Assembly (NCBI GenBank): GCA_034408725.1
Contig: JAWXCN010000010.1
Location: 1-24,602, forward strand
Direction of reading: 5' to 3'
Length of the DNA: 24,602 nucleotides
Origin: Candidatus Hydrogenedentota bacterium
GTDB taxonomy: Bacteria > Hydrogenedentota > Hydrogenedentia > Hydrogenedentales > SLHB01
The translations under genes were made by a program, and so were the position numbers. Each line of letters starts with the position of its first letter. The stretch's first letter is position 1. This document shows, piece by piece, positions 20,080-24,602 of the stretch. The notes beneath the pieces were generated by a model, which worked only from the letters and a program-made list of their open reading frames with translations, made no database searches and was not told the origin of the DNA.

Positions 20080-20219
20080 AACATCCCCCTAAATCCCCCT
20101 TCAAAGGGGGACTTAAGAATGCCACTGCCTTTGAGAGCGCTAACCGCAACGGAGTACCAAAATACTTCGATAAAGTACTCTTGAAAGTCCCCCTTTGAAG
20201 GGGGATTTAGGGGGATGTT
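20080..20219. repeat. Perfect 35-bp inverted repeat with a 70-bp spacer (MITE/REP-doublet-like element)
   Basis: AACATCCCCCTAAATCCCCCTTCAAAGGGGGACTT (20080-20114) and its exact reverse complement (20185-20219). Each arm has an internal CCCCC-TTCAAA-GGGGG hairpin. Confidence 0.92.
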
Positions 20220-20248
20220 GCCCACGCCAAACACGCTCATTCGGCCCG

Positions 20249-21208
20249 TCACGCGCTGCCACCCGCGCGGATCGAATCGATCACCTGCTGCGCTAGACGC
20301 AATGCATTCAGCGCGTCGTCCCCGGACACCAGGGGTCTCGATCGCGTGCGCACGCAGGATACAAATGATTCCAGTTCGCGTTTCAACGGTTCTTCCTTAT
20401 GCACCTCGAGCGGCTCGATGTCGATGAGCTCCATCGGCGTCATGTCCGGTGTAAGCTCGATTGGCTTCTTGCGGTATACGATCACTTCCTGCGCGCTATA
20501 ATCGGTCGATACGTATGCGTCATTCGCGAATATCCGAATCTTGCGCATCTTCTCCATCGACACGCGGCTGCACGTCACGTTCGCAACGCAACCATTCTCG
20601 AAACGAATGCGCGCATTCGCAATGTCCTCGTATTTGGAAAATACCGGCACGCCCACGGCATCTACCTGCGCGACGCCGGAACCGACGAGCGCCAGCAGAA
20701 TTTCGAGATCATGAATCATCAGATCCAGCACAACGCTAACGTCTTCGCCCCTGTTCGGATACGGACTAAGCCGGTGGCACTCGATAAACCGCGGATTCTT
20801 CACCGCTTCCATCAAGGCGACCACCGCGCCGTTGAACCGCTCGATATGCCCGACCTGCACGAGACGTCCGCGTTTGCGTGCCGCTTCGACAATCGATTCT
20901 GCTTCTTCAATCGTCGCGGCTATAGGCTTCTCTACCAGCACGTCCGCGCCGGAACCGATGCACTGTAATGCCACGTCCCGGTGCTCGCTCGTCGGCACAA
21001 CGACGGAAACCGCGTCCACGCCCTCGGCCAAGAGTTCTTCGCACGCGGTAAACATCGGCGCGCCAAATTCAGCCGAAGCCTTAATTGCGCGATCGACGTC
21101 TCTGTCTACTACGCCAACCAGTTGCACTTCAGCCAGTCCGGAATAGACTCGTGCGTGGTGAAATCCAAGATGTCCAACGCCAACAACGCCGACGCGAATA
21201 GGTGTCAT
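20249..21208 (-). CDS. Gfo/Idh/MocA oxidoreductase, probable UDP-GlcNAc 3-dehydrogenase (GnnA-like)
   Basis: GVVGVGHLG Rossmann motif, VEKPIA, QVGHIERFN, IECHRLSPY, VVLDLMIHD, ANARIRFENGCVANVTCSRVS. Sits between lpxA and lpxB. The family call is secure; GnnA function is inferred from context. Confidence 0.8.
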   Translation of the reverse strand: MTPIRVGVVGVGHLGFHHARVYSGLAEVQLVGVVDRDVDRAIKASAEFGAPMFTACEELLAEGVDAVSVVVPTSEHRDVALQCIGSGADVLVEKPIAATIEEAESIVEAARKRGRLVQVGHIERFNGAVVALMEAVKNPRFIECHRLSPYPNRGEDVSVVLDLMIHDLEILLALVGSGVAQVDAVGVPVFSKYEDIANARIRFENGCVANVTCSRVSMEKMRKIRIFANDAYVSTDYSAQEVIVYRKKPIELTPDMTPMELIDIEPLEVHKEEPLKRELESFVSCVRTRSRPLVSGDDALNALRLAQQVIDSIRAGGSA

Positions 21209-21396
21209 GAATGTATGTCCGTGCGGCCCGGTACAGGGTACACAGTTGTTGTAAAGTGCGAGATCGTGGTCAAATCCGGCCGTCGTCTAATTTCGTGTTC
21301 GTAATCGTAATTCGATCTTATGTATCGAGTAGCGCCTCGTCTCCAAACGCCACTACATTCCGCACTCAAAGTGTGCGGTGATTTGTTTCGTTCGCA

Positions 21397-22185
21397 TTAC
21401 CGCGTGATGCCCCGGGTGCTGTTACGCACAAACTCGATGAAATAACGCTTGTCGTGCGAATCTTCAATTTCGTTCTCAATGCGCTCGAGCGCCTGCGACG
21501 TGTTCAGGTGCGAACGCCAAACAATCTTGTACATCAACTTGATTCGCTTGCGGGCGCCGTCATCGAACCCATTGCGTTGCAACCCTACCTTATTCGGACC
21601 GGCGCAACGCGCGGGATTCCCGTCGGTGATCATGAACGGAGGCGCGTCGTTCCACACGCGGGTGGTGCCCCCAATCATTGCCAATGTTCCGATGCGGCAA
21701 AACTGGTGTACGGCGACAAGGCCGCCGATGATCGCCCTATCTTCCACTTCAACGTGCCCGGCGATGGCCACGTAATTGGCAATGATGACGTGGCTGCCGA
21801 TATGCGAATCGTGTCCGACGTGCGCCGAGGTCATCACGAGACAATTGCTGCCAATGCTCGTTAGCCGATGATCATCCGCCTCGCTCGAATGCGTGCTAGC
21901 GCTGATCGAAGCGTGCTCGCGCACGACGTTGTCATCGCCCATTGTCAACCGGCCCACCAGGCCTGCCCTGTGCTTCAGGTCCTGCGACAACACACCGATC
22001 TGCGCCCCGGAAAAGAACCGGTTGCGTTCGCCTATCTCGGTGCGTCCCTCGATTACACAGTGCGGCCCGACGACCGTGCCCGCTCCGAGACTCACTTGCG
22101 GACCGATGATGGAATACGCCTGGACTTCAACGTCGTCCGCAAGGCGTGCCCCCGGATCGACGATGGCTGTCGAATGAATGTTCAT
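21397..22185 (-). CDS. lpxA: Acyl-ACP--UDP-N-acetylglucosamine acyltransferase
   Basis: Start moved to ATG 22185 (MNIHSTAIVDPGARL). Hexapeptide repeats, QDLK, HVGHD (catalytic His), AGHV, VHQF, DAPPF, helical C-terminus. Confidence 0.95.
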   Translation of the reverse strand: MNIHSTAIVDPGARLADDVEVQAYSIIGPQVSLGAGTVVGPHCVIEGRTEIGERNRFFSGAQIGVLSQDLKHRAGLVGRLTMGDDNVVREHASISASTHSSEADDHRLTSIGSNCLVMTSAHVGHDSHIGSHVIIANYVAIAGHVEVEDRAIIGGLVAVHQFCRIGTLAMIGGTTRVWNDAPPFMITDGNPARCAGPNKVGLQRNGFDDGARKRIKLMYKIVWRSHLNTSQALERIENEIEDSHDKRYFIEFVRNSTRGITR

Positions 22186-22564
22186 GCTGTGCGCTGCGTG
22201 GCTATCCCCGTGCGCCCCGCGCCGCTGCGTTCCTCTCGATTTGTTGCCCGCGCGAATCTGGGGGGTACTATCCGGCCCCAGCCCGCGTGTTCCCCGCCCT
22301 CCCACGCCCCGCGTGAATAGGCTTAACCCGTCCGAACAAAGTCGTCAGACTCGATATGGAAAGCATGCACTGCCCCGGAAGGTACTATCAATTCGGGATG
22401 GGTTAAAGGATTGTACGCAAACGGATACCACACTTGCCGGGGCAAATCAAGTGAAAGACGAATTCGAGGGGAACCGGAATGGGCGGGGAATCACCCTGGA
22501 ACTCAACAGCACGTAGATATGCTCGCGCCCCCGAATCGCCCGCTGAAGCGAGAAACGTAAGCGG

Positions 22565-22593
22565 TTGCAGGAACAGCGCGCCTGCGCTACAGT
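22565..22593 (+). promoter_or_regulatory. Putative sigma70 promoter for the esterase-ThuA pair (TTGCAG-17 bp-TACAGT)
   Basis: Exact 17-bp spacing, about 30 bp upstream of the ATG at 22625. Confidence 0.45.
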
Positions 22594-22624
22594 GGTTTGG
22601 GTCTGTGGTTCAGGGAGAAATGGT

Positions 22625-23647
22625 ATGAGAGTGCCGCTGTATTTCGTCTCGACGTTGATTCTGTTGGCTGCGCTTGGCTGCGCGACGAACCCATTGCCGA
22701 AGGCCGCGGACGCATCCGTGGCCCTGCCTTCCGAAACGAAACCGCGCCCGGCCTACTTCAATCTTCCCTACGGTCCGCATGAGCGGAATGTGCTCGATCT
22801 GTGGCAGGCGAAATCGCGCGGTCCCGCTCCACTATTGATCTTCTGGCACGGCGGCGGATTTCTGGGCGGTGACAAATGGACGCTGCATCCTGATCTGTTA
22901 GACCGCTGCCTGGACGCGGGCATTTCCGTCTGCTCGGCCAATTACCGCTTCTCGCGGCAGGCGCCATTCCCTGGACCGATGGAAGATGGCGCGCGGGCGA
23001 TTCAGTTCCTTCGCGCACACGCGCGGCAGCTTAATCTCGATCCCTCCCGGATTGCGCTAAGCGGCAGTTCGGCGGGTGCGGGGATTGCCCTGTGGCTCGC
23101 GTTCAACGATGATTTGTCGGACCCCCGCAGCCCAGACTATGTGCTGCGCGAATCCACCCGCGTCACCTGCGTGGGCGTATTCGGCGCGCAATGTTCATAC
23201 GATCCGCGGTGGGTGCGCGAGGTCATTGGCGGCCGCGCATACGAGCATCCCGCCCTGCCTTTCCTGTATGGCCTCACGTTGGACGAACTCGACTCGCCCA
23301 AAGCGTATGCACTGTACGAGAAAGCCGCGGCCATCAATTACCTCACGAAGGACGATCCGCCCGTGATCATGTTCTACTCCGAGCCCAAGGCCCCCCTGAA
23401 ACCGGGACCGAACGCTGGCACTCTGATTTATTACGAAAATTTCGGGAAGGACCTTGAAGGGCAAGACAAACCGGGCTGGGGCGTACACCACCCCCGCTTC
23501 GGCTACGCGCTGAAAGAACACATGGACCCGTTGGAAATCGAATGCACCGTGCTGCATGCCGACGATATGCCCAAAGAACCCGACAACGAAGTCCCCGCGA
23601 ACGCGGCGTTGCTGGCGTTTTTGAAACGGCATTTTGAACTGGATTAG
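22625..23647 (+). CDS. Alpha/beta hydrolase (HGGG-type, family IV-like esterase), predicted lipoprotein
   Basis: Start moved to ATG 22625 (GGGAG RBS; lipobox AALG-C). YGPHERNVLDLW, HGGGF oxyanion hole, NYR, nucleophile GSSAG, DDPP, HHPRFG. Confidence 0.88.
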   Translation: MRVPLYFVSTLILLAALGCATNPLPKAADASVALPSETKPRPAYFNLPYGPHERNVLDLWQAKSRGPAPLLIFWHGGGFLGGDKWTLHPDLLDRCLDAGISVCSANYRFSRQAPFPGPMEDGARAIQFLRAHARQLNLDPSRIALSGSSAGAGIALWLAFNDDLSDPRSPDYVLRESTRVTCVGVFGAQCSYDPRWVREVIGGRAYEHPALPFLYGLTLDELDSPKAYALYEKAAAINYLTKDDPPVIMFYSEPKAPLKPGPNAGTLIYYENFGKDLEGQDKPGWGVHHPRFGYALKEHMDPLEIECTVLHADDMPKEPDNEVPANAALLAFLKRHFELD

Positions 23648-23672
23648 AAACCAACTGCGCAAAGGAAGTCTG

Positions 23673-24404
23673 ATGAAAACTCACGCACTGATATATACCG
23701 CTCTCCTGCTACTCGCGGCGGCAGCTTCGGCGGCCGAAGCGACCAAAGCACCCGTGAAATGCCTCATGCTGGGAACCGGCCCTCACAAGGACGCCGCAAC
23801 CATGTCCGATGTCATCGAGGACATTAAAACAAACTACAAGACCGTGGAATTGACGGTTAGCACGAACGTTGAAGATTTGAAATATGAAAACCTGTCGAAG
23901 TTCGACGTGCTGCTCTGGATTCAGCTCGTGGTCGAAGGAGGCAATCCACCCGACTTCGCCAAGGAAGGACTGACACAGTTCCTGAAAGATGGAAAAGGTC
24001 TTGTCGCAACCCACTTCTCGGTGGCCAACACCCAGGAGTGGCGCGATTCCATCGATCTTCTCGGTGCGATGTGGGTCAGCGGGAAATCCACCCACGGTCC
24101 ATACAAGGAGTTCCGCATAGATGTTAAGGCGAAGGAACATCCGATCCTGGAAGGGATTGATGCATTCACGACAAATGACGAACTGTACTTCAACCTCTTA
24201 ATGCGGCCGGATATGGAAATCCTGCTCACCGGAGACGAAGAACGGTTTGGCCGCACTGTCGCCGAACCACTATTGGGCACCCACATGGTTTACGACGCGC
24301 GTTGCGTCTACTTCGCGCTGGGCCATGACGCGAAATCGGTCTCGATCCCACAATACCGGAAAATATTGGTCCAATCGATCGAGTGGGCCGCGCAACGCAG
24401 ATAG
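23673..24404 (+). CDS. Secreted ThuA-domain protein
   Basis: Start ATG 23673 (AAGGAAG RBS; MKTHALIYTALLLLAAAASA signal). GKGLVATH, HPILEGI, DELY, RCVYFALGHD, IEWA. Confidence 0.85.
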   Translation: MKTHALIYTALLLLAAAASAAEATKAPVKCLMLGTGPHKDAATMSDVIEDIKTNYKTVELTVSTNVEDLKYENLSKFDVLLWIQLVVEGGNPPDFAKEGLTQFLKDGKGLVATHFSVANTQEWRDSIDLLGAMWVSGKSTHGPYKEFRIDVKAKEHPILEGIDAFTTNDELYFNLLMRPDMEILLTGDEERFGRTVAEPLLGTHMVYDARCVYFALGHDAKSVSIPQYRKILVQSIEWAAQRR

Positions 24405-24431
24405 CTCCGCCAAATCTATTTTGTTGAGCAT

Positions 24432-24602
24432 AAACAGCCATAGCGGTGTCTGCGCTACCCGCTTCGCCACCGCAGTCCAAATAGTCCTTTAACCAAAGTG
24501 GACCTTCTCCCAGAACCGCGTTTTAGCAAGAAGCCTATTTGGACTGCGGCGGCCCCCAAGGCGCCGCTTTGGCTGTTTATCACAGTTGGCCTACCCTTAC
24601 CG
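24432..24602 (+). repeat. BIME-like REP mosaic, copy 3 (REP-A 24432-24484, 50-bp spacer S, inverted REP-B 24535-24578, linker L running off the window)
   Basis: Same order as copy 1, with spacer S 17 bp longer. Begins 27 bp after the ThuA stop. Confidence 0.9.

Noticed and set aside
22186..22305. 40-aa N-terminal extension of LpxA
   Set aside because: LpxA homology begins at MNIHSTAIV (22185). The extension is GC-rich intergenic read-through.
22437..22480. GGCAAA...GAAA resembling a c-di-GMP-I riboswitch
   Set aside because: The stem around GAAA does not pair, and the conserved GACGCAAA and second-hairpin elements are absent.

Overview
A GC-rich (roughly 60% by eye) chromosomal window from a diderm bacterium. 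The secreted ThuA/GH9 proteins, Ca-binding surface protein and REP style suggest a Hydrogenedentota/PVC-like lineage, but that is inference only. Most of the window is housekeeping and envelope genes. Plus strand: the tail of a surface protein with an IPTL-CTERM-like anchor, a PAS hybrid histidine kinase, ligA coupled to an MlaE(STAS)-MlaF-MlaD-PqiC-like lipid transporter, a PhyH-family dioxygenase behind a consensus sigma54 promoter, a lipoprotein esterase and a ThuA-like protein. Minus strand: a secreted GH9-like hydrolase, a second ThuA-like protein and the run lpxA - gnnA-like oxidoreductase - lpxB - polA - rho - Tat-exported intradiol dioxygenase. I see no CRISPR array, tRNA/rRNA, phage, transposase or defence system, and I cannot support a claim of a novel multi-gene system. 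The most unusual signals are non-coding: (1) a BIME-like mosaic of two related REP-type palindromes and two fixed linkers, present three times and once circularly permuted; (2) a perfect 35-bp inverted repeat that supplies, and could hide, the lpxB ribosome-binding site; (3) a possible pseudoknot in the lpxA/esterase intergenic region.
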